Shown in pieces: positions 23,268 to 32,982 of a stretch of 64,000 bases of DNA. Within the stretch, counting starts at the first letter, position 1. The number at the start of each line of letters is the position of its first letter. A program made the translations under genes and the position numbers. The stretch is from Trueperaceae bacterium. Lineage in GTDB: Bacteria > Deinococcota > Deinococci > Deinococcales > Trueperaceae. Where the stretch lies: contig JAXHNB010000005.1 of NCBI GenBank assembly GCA_034520945.1, positions 800,001 through 864,000 of the forward strand, given 5' to 3'. The notes under the pieces are model-generated. The model was not told where the DNA came from. It worked only from the letters and a program-made list of their open reading frames with translations, and ran no database searches.

Positions 23268-23906
23268 GTGCCCCACACGACCGTCGCCGCCCGGTTCGAG
23301 GTCGAGGAGCGCGTGCGAGGATCGCGCTTCCTGGCGGTGGTGGCCCCCGCCGACACGCCGGACGCCGCGGCGGCGCTGCTGGACGAGATGCGGCGTCGTC
23401 ATCCGGACGCCAGCCACCACTGCAGCGCCTGGCGCGTGGGGGAGGCGATGGCGTTCAGTGACGACGGGGAGCCCGGCGGGACGGCCGGCCGGCCGATGCT
23501 CAGCGTGCTGCTGAAACGCGAGCTGGATCACGTCGCCGCCGTGTGCGTGCGGTGGTTCGGCGGCACCAAGCTGGGGGCCGGAGGGCTGGCGCGCGCCTAC
23601 GCTGGGACGGTCGCGAAGGCGCTGGACGGCGCCGGCCAGCGCCGCGTGTTCGACATGGCCTGGCTGCGCATCCGCGCGCCGTTCGCGCAGGCGGACGCGC
23701 TGCACCGGACGCTGGACGCCTGGCCGCACCTCGCCAAGGAGGAGCCCAGCTACGACGCCGAGGGGATCACGGTCCGGGTCCGTGTCCGCGCCCGCGAGGC
23801 GGCCCGCCTCGAAGCCGTGCTCGCCGACGTGACGGCGGGCGCCGCCCGCGCTGAACCGTCGCCTCCGGCGGCTTCCGGCCCGCCGGACGCCAGCGAGCGA
23901 TCATGA
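23268..23906 (+). CDS. YigZ/IMPACT family protein
   Basis: SRF, ASHHCSAW, SDDGEPGGTAGRP, RWFGGTKLGAGGL. Confidence 0.92.
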   Translation: MPHTTVAARFEVEERVRGSRFLAVVAPADTPDAAAALLDEMRRRHPDASHHCSAWRVGEAMAFSDDGEPGGTAGRPMLSVLLKRELDHVAAVCVRWFGGTKLGAGGLARAYAGTVAKALDGAGQRRVFDMAWLRIRAPFAQADALHRTLDAWPHLAKEEPSYDAEGITVRVRVRAREAARLEAVLADVTAGAARAEPSPPAASGPPDASERS

Positions 23907-23962
23907 AGGCACGTTCGTTCGCCTCTCAACCGCTTCATGGGCGCGGCGTGCATCCTGGTCCC

Positions 23963-24562
23963 ATGCGAAGGATGCGCACGCTGTTCGTGTTGGCCGTGGT
24001 GCTGCTGGGGGGGACGGGCTGCCTGCCCGGGGCCCTGCAGGACGACACCCCCGACGTGGCCGTGATCGGCGTTCCGGCCGGAGAGCGCCTCCCCGGCGCG
24101 GCGGACGGGCTGCACGCCCGCCTGGCCGACGCGTCCACCGGCTTCGATCTGGTGCCCGCCGCCACGCTGCGGTTCCTCGAGGTGCGCAGCGGTCTGGTCG
24201 GGAGCCGCGTGACCTCCGGCGCGGCCCGGGTGGCCAGGTCCACCGGCGCCGACGTGGCGGTCACGATCGGCGCGGCGGTGTTGGAGCGCGAGCTCACGGG
24301 TCCCAAGGGGCGGCCGCGCCAGCGAATTGAACTTCGACTGGAGGCGGTCCTGATCCGCGCGGCCGACGCGGAGGTGTTGGCGCGCGTGCCCGGCCCCACC
24401 CTGAGCGGCGAGCGGAACCTGGACGAACACGAACTCCCGCCGATCGGCAATGATCGCCTGCTGGCCGACCTGGTCGAGGAGAGCCTGGACCCGCTGGCGG
24501 AGGCGGTCGGCCGCGCGCTGCGCGACCGGGCCGCCGCGTTCAGCGGAAGTAGCGGCGGATGA
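23963..24562 (+). CDS. Hypothetical lipoprotein
   Basis: Hydrophobic signal ending GTGC; GC3-rich codon use. Confidence 0.65.
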   Translation: MRRMRTLFVLAVVLLGGTGCLPGALQDDTPDVAVIGVPAGERLPGAADGLHARLADASTGFDLVPAATLRFLEVRSGLVGSRVTSGAARVARSTGADVAVTIGAAVLERELTGPKGRPRQRIELRLEAVLIRAADAEVLARVPGPTLSGERNLDEHELPPIGNDRLLADLVEESLDPLAEAVGRALRDRAAAFSGSSGG

Positions 24563-26099
24563 TCTCCCGGTAGGGAGCGGGCACGTCGGGTTCCTCCGCG
24601 GCGCGCTCAGCAGCGCGACGGTATCCCTCGGGCACCGGCGCGCCTTCGGGGAGCGCCTCCGGCGCCCGCCCGCCGCCCCGCACGGTGCCGACCCGGTCGA
24701 CCTCGCCCTCTTGGACGGCGCCCGGCAGGCGTTCGGCGCCGCCGCCAGCGCCGGGCAGGAACGGCCCGCCCTCGCCCGGGGCGGCCGCGTCGCGCCCGGC
24801 GCCCCCGCCGCCTGGGTCGTCAGGGTCGGCGCCGTCGGCCTCCGGCTGCCCGGCATCGGACGCGCCGCCGGCATCGTCCCCCTGGCGGGGAGCCCCCTCG
24901 GCCTCGCGGGGACGCGCCCGTCCTGCCTGCTCCGACGCGCCGGCCCCCTCCTCGGCGCGGTCGGGCGGCGCGTCGGCGTCCCCGTTGGCCGCCGCCTCGG
25001 CGCCGCCCTCACCGCCCTCCTCGGGCGCTTCGCCGGCCCGCGCCTGCCCTGATTCCTGGCCGTCCCCTTCGTCGGCCCCTTCTTCGCCGTCCCCGCCGTC
25101 TGCCGCCTCGGCGTCGCGTTCCGAAGCGCCCTCGCCGCGGCCGCCGGCCGCCGCCTCGTCGCCTTCGCCGTTCGCGTCGGACGCGCGGTCCGCGTCCGAG
25201 GCGTCGCCCATCCGAGGGTCGCCCTCCCGCGCCGCCTCGCCTGAGGGCGCCTCGCCCCCGCCGGGCGGATCGTCCCCCGCCTCCTCTCGGCCGGCCGGAT
25301 CGAAGGGGTTCACGTCACCCTCGGCCTCGCGGCGCTCCATGTCCCGAAGGTAGCGGTCGACGGCGTCCGGCCCGTCGCCGGATCCCGCGCCGTCGGCGGC
25401 GCCCGGTTGCTCGCCGGTGGCGTCTCGCGCCTCGCCCGGCGCCTCCTCGCCGCCCTCCGCGTCGTCGCGCCGCGGCTCCGGCGCCGGTGCCGCGTCCGGG
25501 TCTCGGGCGTCCGGCGGGGCCGCGTCGGGTGCCGCGTCCACGTCCGCTTCGTCCCCACCGGCGTCCGCCGCGGGGTCCGTGGCGCCCTGCGGCGACGACG
25601 GGCCCCCGCCGCCCGCCGCGCCGCCCCCACCGGGCGCGGCCGGTCCCAGCGGGCCCAACTGCACCAGCGCCAACACCAGCACCGCCGCCACCAGCGGCGG
25701 CAGCCAGGCATGCCCCGCCTCGGGGGGACGCACGTCACGTAGCGAGCGGACGGCGTGTTCGCGCGTTCGTGTCCACAGGCCGTACGGATCGGTTCGGCCG
25801 GGCGCCTCCAGCGCCGTTTCGTACGCCAGCCCGCGCGTCGCGGTGATCCAACGGCGCGCCCACGTTTCGGTGTGCCGCACCGGCCAGGCGGCCGCACCGC
25901 CGGCGGCGAGCAGGCACGCCCCCCACGCGGCGGCCGCGGGCGCGCCCACCGCGACGAGGAGGACCCCCACCGCGGCGCCCCCCAGGCCGGCGGTGGCGGC
26001 GCGCACGGCGCGCACCTCGCGGGCACGGCGTGCCGCCAGTCGGCGATGCCAGTCGAGGCCGGGCGGGGGGGCGCGCCGGCGACGGCCGGGACCGATCAT
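24540..26099 (-). CDS. Hypothetical membrane protein with a long acidic low-complexity region
   Basis: N-terminal TM segments, D/E/G/A-rich tail, C-terminal VPAPYREIIRRYF; ATGA overlap with the upstream gene. Confidence 0.65.
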   Translation of the reverse strand: MIGPGRRRRAPPPGLDWHRRLAARRAREVRAVRAATAGLGGAAVGVLLVAVGAPAAAAWGACLLAAGGAAAWPVRHTETWARRWITATRGLAYETALEAPGRTDPYGLWTRTREHAVRSLRDVRPPEAGHAWLPPLVAAVLVLALVQLGPLGPAAPGGGGAAGGGGPSSPQGATDPAADAGGDEADVDAAPDAAPPDARDPDAAPAPEPRRDDAEGGEEAPGEARDATGEQPGAADGAGSGDGPDAVDRYLRDMERREAEGDVNPFDPAGREEAGDDPPGGGEAPSGEAAREGDPRMGDASDADRASDANGEGDEAAAGGRGEGASERDAEAADGGDGEEGADEGDGQESGQARAGEAPEEGGEGGAEAAANGDADAPPDRAEEGAGASEQAGRARPREAEGAPRQGDDAGGASDAGQPEADGADPDDPGGGGAGRDAAAPGEGGPFLPGAGGGAERLPGAVQEGEVDRVGTVRGGGRAPEALPEGAPVPEGYRRAAERAAEEPDVPAPYREIIRRYFR

Positions 26100-26704
26100 G
26101 ACGCGCCCGTCCCCTCGGGCTGCGCCCCCGCCAACGGTCGCGCCAGCAGCTGGACCGTCGCTGCGGCGCCGACGCCCAGGACGGTGGCCGGGAACACCCC
26201 CGGCGCGCTCGGCAGGACCCACGGCACGAACGCCGCGCTGTGCAGGACGTTCAGGTCGAGCCACACCAGCGCGATCGCCGCGGCCAGCGAACCGATCGGG
26301 GCCAGCGCGCCCAGGCGCGCCCGCTGCAGCAGCCACGTCGCCAACCGGCCCGCCCCCAAGGCGGTGAACGAGGCGGGCAGCGCGATGATCATTCCCCACG
26401 CCACGGGGACGGCCGGCACCGTCGCGGCGTGCGCCGCCGCCTCCAACGGGGCGCTGGCCACGGCGCCGAGCGCCAACCGGGTGAGGTCCCGACGCCACAC
26501 GGCGCGCCCCGGAGGCGAGTTGGCGCCCAGGAGCCAGCCCCACGCCACCAGGGCCCCCACACGCACGACGCTCACCGTGTACCAACTCGCGTTGGGCGTG
26601 TCCGGCCGCACGGGCCAGGTCGCGATCAGCACGATGGCGGTCGCCGCCAACACCAGCGCCAGGCCGGCGTCGGCCCGGGCGATCCTGTCCACGCGCGCGG
26701 TCAT
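26096..26704 (-). CDS. Hypothetical integral membrane protein
   Basis: About 6 hydrophobic segments; translationally coupled on both sides. Confidence 0.65.
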   Translation of the reverse strand: MTARVDRIARADAGLALVLAATAIVLIATWPVRPDTPNASWYTVSVVRVGALVAWGWLLGANSPPGRAVWRRDLTRLALGAVASAPLEAAAHAATVPAVPVAWGMIIALPASFTALGAGRLATWLLQRARLGALAPIGSLAAAIALVWLDLNVLHSAAFVPWVLPSAPGVFPATVLGVGAAATVQLLARPLAGAQPEGTGAS

Positions 26705-28071
26705 GGGCGCACCCCCCGACCGGCCGGGGCCACGGCCACGTCGTCGTCGCCTCTCGCGCGCCACAACCACCAGGTTCCGTCCCAGCTGCGTCCGTCCACG
26801 TTCGCGGGAAGGGCCTCCCGCAGGTCGGCTGGAAGGGGCGCGCCGGAGGTCGCTTCATTCGGCACGTCGACCAGTTCCGGGCGGCCCGTCAACCGCACGC
26901 GCCCGCCCGCCGCGAGCGACAGCCGGGTCGTGCCGTCCCGCCAGGTGACGGCGCCTGGGTCGACCGGCCGGTACACGCCGTCCAGGTGCAGCGTGCCGCG
27001 CGGAAGCCGCGCCACCTCCCGCACCTCGGTGCGCCAGGCCAAGCCGTCGGCCGCCAGCGCCACGGCGCCGCGGACCTCGCGCACCGCCCCGTCGGCGGCC
27101 ACGGCCCGCACGGCGAACACGGTGGCGGCCAGCACCAGCACGCTGCTGAGGAGCCCGGAGCGGCCCCCCACGCGCAGCAACGTCCATGCCAGGACGGCGT
27201 ACGCCGCCGCCCCCAGCGCGACCCACGGCTTGGGGGCGTGCGCCCAGGCGACGCCGGGCAGGGCCCCGGTCGCTGCCTGAAGCGTCTGCCGCCGTGCGGG
27301 GTGCGACCACGCGGACGCCTCCGGCGAGCCGACCTCGCCCCCCTCCGCGTCCTGCAGGGGCGCCAACGATCCTGCCCCCACGCGCCGGGGGCCCGCCGCC
27401 ACCAGGCGGGCCAGGGGGCCGTGACCGGCGCGCCCCTCGGGCGCCACGGCGACCCGCACGCCGCTGGCTGCGGCGGTGAGGACGGTGGACGTCTCGGGGG
27501 CGGCGGCGGTGCCGTCGATGATCAGGGAGGCGACGCTGTCCCAGCCGGCGGCGCGCGCAGGTAGGTCGGCCGCTCCGGCGAACGTCACGCGGGCGTCGGG
27601 CCCGAGGGCGTCCGACCAGGTCGCCGGCCTGGAGGTGACCACCACGTCGAGGGGGCGGGGATCGCGGTCGCGGGCGCCCCAGGTGCCGCTGGCCAGGACG
27701 CGGTCCCGGTACTCGATCCGCCACGACAGGGCGCGCCAGGAGGGGAGGGGCACGTCGACGTCCAGGCGTTGCACGCCGGCCGCGTCGGGAAACGTCCAGG
27801 TGGTGGTCTGGATCACTTCGCCCCGGTGCAGGCCGCCGGCGTCGGCGGTCAACACCAGGGTCGCGGCGGGCGCGTCCCGTACCCGCGCCTCCAGGGGGTT
27901 CCACGCCTCCGCGACGGGGGTCCGCGCCACGCCGAGGGACAGCTCGGCACGCGCCTGCGCGCCGGTCGTTCCCGCAAGCAGGAACGCCCAGGTCGTCAGG
28001 CTGGCCAGGAGGGCGCGGCGCAGCAGGACACGGCGGGGTGCGCCCTCACCGCCGGGCAGGCTCGCGTTCAC
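26701..28071 (-). CDS. Hypothetical secreted/membrane protein
   Basis: Signal-like N-terminus, two TM segments in the C-terminal third; operon position. Confidence 0.65.
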   Translation of the reverse strand: MNASLPGGEGAPRRVLLRRALLASLTTWAFLLAGTTGAQARAELSLGVARTPVAEAWNPLEARVRDAPAATLVLTADAGGLHRGEVIQTTTWTFPDAAGVQRLDVDVPLPSWRALSWRIEYRDRVLASGTWGARDRDPRPLDVVVTSRPATWSDALGPDARVTFAGAADLPARAAGWDSVASLIIDGTAAAPETSTVLTAAASGVRVAVAPEGRAGHGPLARLVAAGPRRVGAGSLAPLQDAEGGEVGSPEASAWSHPARRQTLQAATGALPGVAWAHAPKPWVALGAAAYAVLAWTLLRVGGRSGLLSSVLVLAATVFAVRAVAADGAVREVRGAVALAADGLAWRTEVREVARLPRGTLHLDGVYRPVDPGAVTWRDGTTRLSLAAGGRVRLTGRPELVDVPNEATSGAPLPADLREALPANVDGRSWDGTWWLWRARGDDDVAVAPAGRGVRP

Positions 28072-28080
28072 GTCTCGATG

Positions 28081-29793
28081 CTACCTGCCGGCGCCTGCGT
28101 CCTCCGCCAGCACGGCGACGATGGCGCTCTCCACCCGCCGCGTGAACAGGCGATTCAGGGGGCGGCCGTCGACCACCAGCGTCGCGGACGAACCGCTGTC
28201 CAGCCGGAGGGCGTGTTCCGCCTCCAGCGACAGGAACAACCCCACCAGGTCCTCGGCCACCATCCGCTCCGCCACCACGAACAGCACCGTTCCGTCGGCG
28301 CGCACGCCCAGGGCGGCCTGCTGGGTCGGCTCGTCCAGGATGCGCGTGCCGCGCGCGAAGGACTCCTCACTGGGGGCGAAGGCGGCGCGCCCGCCTTGGA
28401 CCAGGAGCGGACCGGCCTCCACCACCCAGTGACTGCGCTCCAGGGCGGGCGGCTCGAGCCGTACGATCACGCGCACCTGCGCGCCCGGTTCGGCGCGGGC
28501 CAGGTCGCGGAAGCGTGGCGGGTAGGCCAGCGCGTACCCGTCCTCCGGGACGCGGACCGGACCGATCGTGTTCGACACCACCCGGTCGTCGGCACCCACG
28601 GCCAGCACCCCTTGCCGGGCCGTGCCGACCCGGACGCCCGGCACGCGCGAGAGCGCCAACGCCGGATCCTGCGACAGGCTGCTCTGCAGGGCCGGGCGGC
28701 CGTCCAGGCGTACCGTCACGGTGGCGTCGGCGCGCGCGATGACGGCCCCGTCGGGGCCGAACCCCACCGCGGCGCGCCGGCGCGAGGGCAGCGAGAGGAG
28801 GGTCCCCCCGATGCGTCGCACCCCGATGGCTTCGAAGTCGCCGGGCCGGAAGTACCCGGCGTTGATGGCGGCCACGGCGTTGCCGGCCCACTCCCCCACG
28901 GTGCGGCCCTCGCCGCTGCGGCCGACCACGCGCAGTTCGGTCGCCACGGGGTCCAACGACAGGACGTGGACGCGCGTGTCGCCGTGCAGGCCCGTGGCGC
29001 GCATCGACCGGTACGACACGCCCGGCGCGACCCGGCGCGTCGCCTCGGCCGGATCGTCCGGCGCGACGGGCGGCGCCTCCCGGGCCGGGTCGGCCTGTGC
29101 CGGCGCCGCAGGCGCGCCGGCCTCCTCCCCCGGCACGGCCGGCGTGAGGTCCAGCACCAGTCGGGGCGGCCCGTCCAGGGGGAAGGCGCGTACGTGCATG
29201 GCGGGACCCTGCAGGCGGATTCGGGCGGGGCCGGCGCCGTCGGCGGGCAGGCTCCGTACGCGCAGCGCGTCGCCGCCGAACAGCTCCGCGTCCGGAACGA
29301 GCACGCCGGGAAGGGGGATCTCCAGCGGCTCGCCGGCGTTCACGCGGGTGTCGCGGCGCGCCCCCTCGAGCGAGGCGGCCGTGACGCCTACCAGGTCCAA
29401 CACCAGACGGGTGGTGGCGCCGTCCTGGCCGGTGCGGATCTCGCGAACGTGGGCCAGGTCGAGGGCGCGCGCGAGGTCGGGTCCGACGGTGACGCGGCCG
29501 TCCTCCCGGACGCGGGGCGCGTCGCGCGCGGTCCCGTCGGTCCAGCCGAGCCCCGGCACGTACCCCAGCGCCCGCCCGCGCAGCTGCAGCGTGATGGTCC
29601 CGTCCGACACGCGCACCAGCTCGTTCGGCACGATCAGAGCCGGCGCCTCCCCGCTGGGCGCGTTGAAGGGTTGCTGCGCCAGGGCGGGCGACGCCAGGAC
29701 CGAAAGCGCTGCCAGCACCGTCAGGAGCAGCGTCTGGGCCGGCTTCGTGTCGGGTCGAAGGGGGAGAGGCGTCGACCGGGTCGCTCGCTTCAT
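28081..29793 (-). CDS. Phosphodiester glycosidase (NAGPA-like) family secreted protein
   Basis: AAINAGYF, AGPLLV, ALRLDSGSSATL; TACCCT box 7 nt before ATG. Confidence 0.8.
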   Translation of the reverse strand: MKRATRSTPLPLRPDTKPAQTLLLTVLAALSVLASPALAQQPFNAPSGEAPALIVPNELVRVSDGTITLQLRGRALGYVPGLGWTDGTARDAPRVREDGRVTVGPDLARALDLAHVREIRTGQDGATTRLVLDLVGVTAASLEGARRDTRVNAGEPLEIPLPGVLVPDAELFGGDALRVRSLPADGAGPARIRLQGPAMHVRAFPLDGPPRLVLDLTPAVPGEEAGAPAAPAQADPAREAPPVAPDDPAEATRRVAPGVSYRSMRATGLHGDTRVHVLSLDPVATELRVVGRSGEGRTVGEWAGNAVAAINAGYFRPGDFEAIGVRRIGGTLLSLPSRRRAAVGFGPDGAVIARADATVTVRLDGRPALQSSLSQDPALALSRVPGVRVGTARQGVLAVGADDRVVSNTIGPVRVPEDGYALAYPPRFRDLARAEPGAQVRVIVRLEPPALERSHWVVEAGPLLVQGGRAAFAPSEESFARGTRILDEPTQQAALGVRADGTVLFVVAERMVAEDLVGLFLSLEAEHALRLDSGSSATLVVDGRPLNRLFTRRVESAIVAVLAEDAGAGR

Positions 29794-29849
29794 GGCCCAG
29801 AGGGTATGGGTCGTCGGCCTGAACCGGGTGAGACCCGAACGAGGCGGCG

Positions 29850-30629
29850 TCACGTCTCGTGAAGCAGGTCGAGGAGCGGTTCGACGCCGACCTCGCCGCC
29901 GACCACGGTGCGAAGCGCCGCGGCGGCGGTGCGGGCGGCGATGTCGGGAAATGCGGTCGCCGACCCCCCGGCGGCGCGGACCTCCGTCCGCCAGTCGGGT
30001 GCCAGGCCCGGCGCCAGGTCCAGCACGGTCAGGTGCGGCCCCAGCGCATCCGCGTGGGGCGACGCCAGGTTCTCGCTGCGGAGCAGCAGGTCGCAGCGTT
30101 CGAGCAGCGTGGGCACGGTGGGGTCGGCCGCGGCGACGGCGCGGCCGCGCACGCCGGCCGGCAGGTCGGGCAGGGCGTGTTCGGCGGTGGGCGCGTCGGG
30201 CGCGATGAGGGCGATGTCGGCCGCGCCGGCGGTCGCGAGCTCGCGCAGGGTGCCGCGCACCACCGCGCCGCCGCCGAGCGCGGCGATGCGGGCGCCCCTC
30301 GGTTCCCATCCGCCGGCTTGCAGCCCGTCCAGCAGGGCGCGCGCCGTGACGAAGTCGCCGATGGTGCTGTCGCCCGCCACCGCGACGGCGTCGACCACGC
30401 CCAGATCGCTGCCCTCCAGCGAGCGGCGGGTGGTGGCCGCCGCGGCGTCGCGCCGCGCCTCGTCGCCGAACACCAACGCACCGGCGAAGCCGAGGACCGG
30501 CAGGGCCGCGACCGCGGTGGCGATGTCGCCGGGGGGTGCGGGGTGAAGCCATACGCGCCCTTCGGGGTCCCGGAATCGGGCCAGGGCGCGGGCGGTCGGA
30601 TCGGTGCCGAGCAAGGCGACGAGCTGCAT
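29850..30629 (-). CDS. Shikimate dehydrogenase-like protein (divergent)
   Basis: AroE-like layout (LGFAGALV..LGVVDAV, Rossmann ALGGGAV) without the canonical catalytic motifs. Confidence 0.55.
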   Translation of the reverse strand: MQLVALLGTDPTARALARFRDPEGRVWLHPAPPGDIATAVAALPVLGFAGALVFGDEARRDAAAATTRRSLEGSDLGVVDAVAVAGDSTIGDFVTARALLDGLQAGGWEPRGARIAALGGGAVVRGTLRELATAGAADIALIAPDAPTAEHALPDLPAGVRGRAVAAADPTVPTLLERCDLLLRSENLASPHADALGPHLTVLDLAPGLAPDWRTEVRAAGGSATAFPDIAARTAAAALRTVVGGEVGVEPLLDLLHET

Positions 30630-30773
30630 GACGAGAAGGATACCGCGAGCGCCGTGGTATCCTCGGCCGGCGCTGCGCCGGGCGTGCCCGTCCTGCGGGC
30701 CGCTCGGCGCGAACCCGACCGAACCCCCCTACCTACGCGACCGCCCGCCCGGGGCCCGAACCGAGGTGACCGC

Positions 30774-32765
30774 ATGCAGGTGATCCTTCCCGACGGTACG
30801 AATCTGGACGTTCCCGGCGGCGCCACGGGCCGCGACGTGGCCGAGGCGATCGGTCCCGGCCTGGCGAAGGCCGCGCTCGGCACCAAGGTGAACGGGGAGC
30901 TGTCCGATCTGATGACGGAGGTGCCGGGCGGCGCGGAGGTCACCATCGTGACCAAGCGCGATGAGGACTGGATCGCGCTGGCCCGTCACACCCTGGCGCA
31001 CGTGATGGCACAGGCGGTGCGGGAGGCGATGGTCGAGGAGGGGTTCGACCCGAACGACGTCAAGCTGGCGATCGGTCCGGTGATCGAGAACGGCTTCTAC
31101 TACGACATGGACCTGCCTCGCAGCCTCACGCCCGAGGATCTGCCGGCCCTCGAGGCGCGCATGCAGGCGATCCTGAAGGCCGACCTGCCGTTGCGACGCT
31201 ACGCGCTGCCGCGCGAGGAGGCGCTGGCGCGCTATCGCGAGCTGAACGATCCCTACAAGCAGGAGTTGATCCGCGACCTCCCAGCGGACGCCGAGGTCAC
31301 CTTCTACGAGCAGGGGGGAGAGGAGGGGTTCACGGATCTGTGCCGCGGTCCGCACGTCCCCTCGACCGGCCGGGTGCCGCCGCACTTCACGTTGACCGGC
31401 ATCGCCGGGGCGTACTGGCGCGGGGACGAGTCGCGCCCCATGCTGCAACGCGTCTACGGCGTGGCCTTCCCGACGGAGGAGGAACTGCGGCACCACCTGT
31501 GGCAGGTGGAGGAGGCCCGCAAGCGGGACCACCGCCGCCTGGGCCGCGATCTGGAGATCTTCACGCTGGACGATGAGATCGGGCCCGGCCTGCCGTTGTG
31601 GTTGCCGCGCGGCACGGTGATGGTGGACGAGATCGAGGCGCTCGCCAAGGAGATGGAGGCCAAGGCCGGCTACCAGCGGGTCCGCTCGCCGCACCTCAGC
31701 AAGGAGGACCTGTTCGTCAAGAGCGGCCACCTGCCGTACTACGAGCACGCCATGTACCCCGCCATGGACCTGGACAACGTGCGGTACTTCGTGAAGCCGA
31801 TGAACTGCCCGTTCCACCACAAGATCTACGACGCCCGGCCCCGCAGCTACCGCGAGTTGCCGCTGCGGCTGGCCGAGTACGGCACCTGCTACCGCTACGA
31901 GGACTCCGGCGCGTTGATGGGCCTGATGCGGGTGCGCAGCATGCAGATGAACGACGCGCACATCTATTGCACCGAGGACCAGTTCGAGTCGGAGTTCCTG
32001 GCCGTGATCGAGCTCTATTTCGAGTACTTCCGCCTGTTCGGGATTGAAGAGTACGTCATGCGGCTCTCCAAGCACGCGCCGGAGGGTCTGGGCAAGAAGT
32101 ACGTGGACGAGCCGGAACTCTGGCGCCGCACCGAGGACATGGTCCGGCGCGTACTGCTCGAGAACGAGGTGCCGTTCACGGAGGCGGACGACGAAGCGGC
32201 GTTCTATGGCCCCAAGATCGACGTGCAGATCACCAGCGCCATCGGGCGCGAGTTCACGTTGGCGACCAACCAGGTGGACTTCGCGCAGCCGCAGCGCTTC
32301 GGCTTGACCTACGTCGCGGAGGATGGCAGCCGCAAGATGCCGCTGTGCCTGCATCGGGCGCCCCTGTCCACGCACGAGCGCCTGATCGGCTTCCTGATCG
32401 AGCACTACGCCGGCGACTTCCCGCTGTGGTTGGCGCCGGAACAGGTCCGGATCGTACCGATCGCGGACCGCCACGCCGAGTACGCCGAGCGGGTGCGTCA
32501 TACCCTGGCCGCCCAGGGCCTGCGGGCCGAGACCGACCTGCGCAGCGAGCGCATGAACGCCAAGATCCGCGATGCCGAACTGTTCAAGGTGCCGTACACC
32601 CTGATCCTGGGCGACCGTGAGGAGGAGGCGGGCACCGTAAGCTTCCGCAGCCGCCAGGAGCCCGAGGCGAAGGGCGTGCAACTGGAGCGGTTCGTCGACC
32701 ATCTCGTCGCGGCCCGCGACGCGCGCGCGGGTCGGGTCGCGCCGATCGCCGCCGCGACCGCCTGA
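30774..32765 (+). CDS. thrS: Threonine--tRNA ligase
   Basis: TGS domain, RHTLAH, DLCRGPH, RDHRRLG, KPMNCP, AFYGPKID, HYAG..PLWLAP. Confidence 0.97.
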   Translation: MQVILPDGTNLDVPGGATGRDVAEAIGPGLAKAALGTKVNGELSDLMTEVPGGAEVTIVTKRDEDWIALARHTLAHVMAQAVREAMVEEGFDPNDVKLAIGPVIENGFYYDMDLPRSLTPEDLPALEARMQAILKADLPLRRYALPREEALARYRELNDPYKQELIRDLPADAEVTFYEQGGEEGFTDLCRGPHVPSTGRVPPHFTLTGIAGAYWRGDESRPMLQRVYGVAFPTEEELRHHLWQVEEARKRDHRRLGRDLEIFTLDDEIGPGLPLWLPRGTVMVDEIEALAKEMEAKAGYQRVRSPHLSKEDLFVKSGHLPYYEHAMYPAMDLDNVRYFVKPMNCPFHHKIYDARPRSYRELPLRLAEYGTCYRYEDSGALMGLMRVRSMQMNDAHIYCTEDQFESEFLAVIELYFEYFRLFGIEEYVMRLSKHAPEGLGKKYVDEPELWRRTEDMVRRVLLENEVPFTEADDEAAFYGPKIDVQITSAIGREFTLATNQVDFAQPQRFGLTYVAEDGSRKMPLCLHRAPLSTHERLIGFLIEHYAGDFPLWLAPEQVRIVPIADRHAEYAERVRHTLAAQGLRAETDLRSERMNAKIRDAELFKVPYTLILGDREEEAGTVSFRSRQEPEAKGVQLERFVDHLVAARDARAGRVAPIAAATA

Positions 32766-32982
32766 GCCGAGGCCCCTCGGGGCGCGTCACCACCGAGGAA
32801 GCGCGCCGTCCGGGCCGGCGGGCATGGCGGGCGGGGCGACGCCGGGCCGTGCTTCGTGGCGACGTCTTCCCGGCCAATTGTCCCTTGTTCCGGCAGGAAT
32901 GCGGTCCTAGTCTCGAGAAGGTCGAATCGGCACCATGCGGGCGGCGCACGACTCGTACGCTTTCACGAAGGGCAGGGACCCC

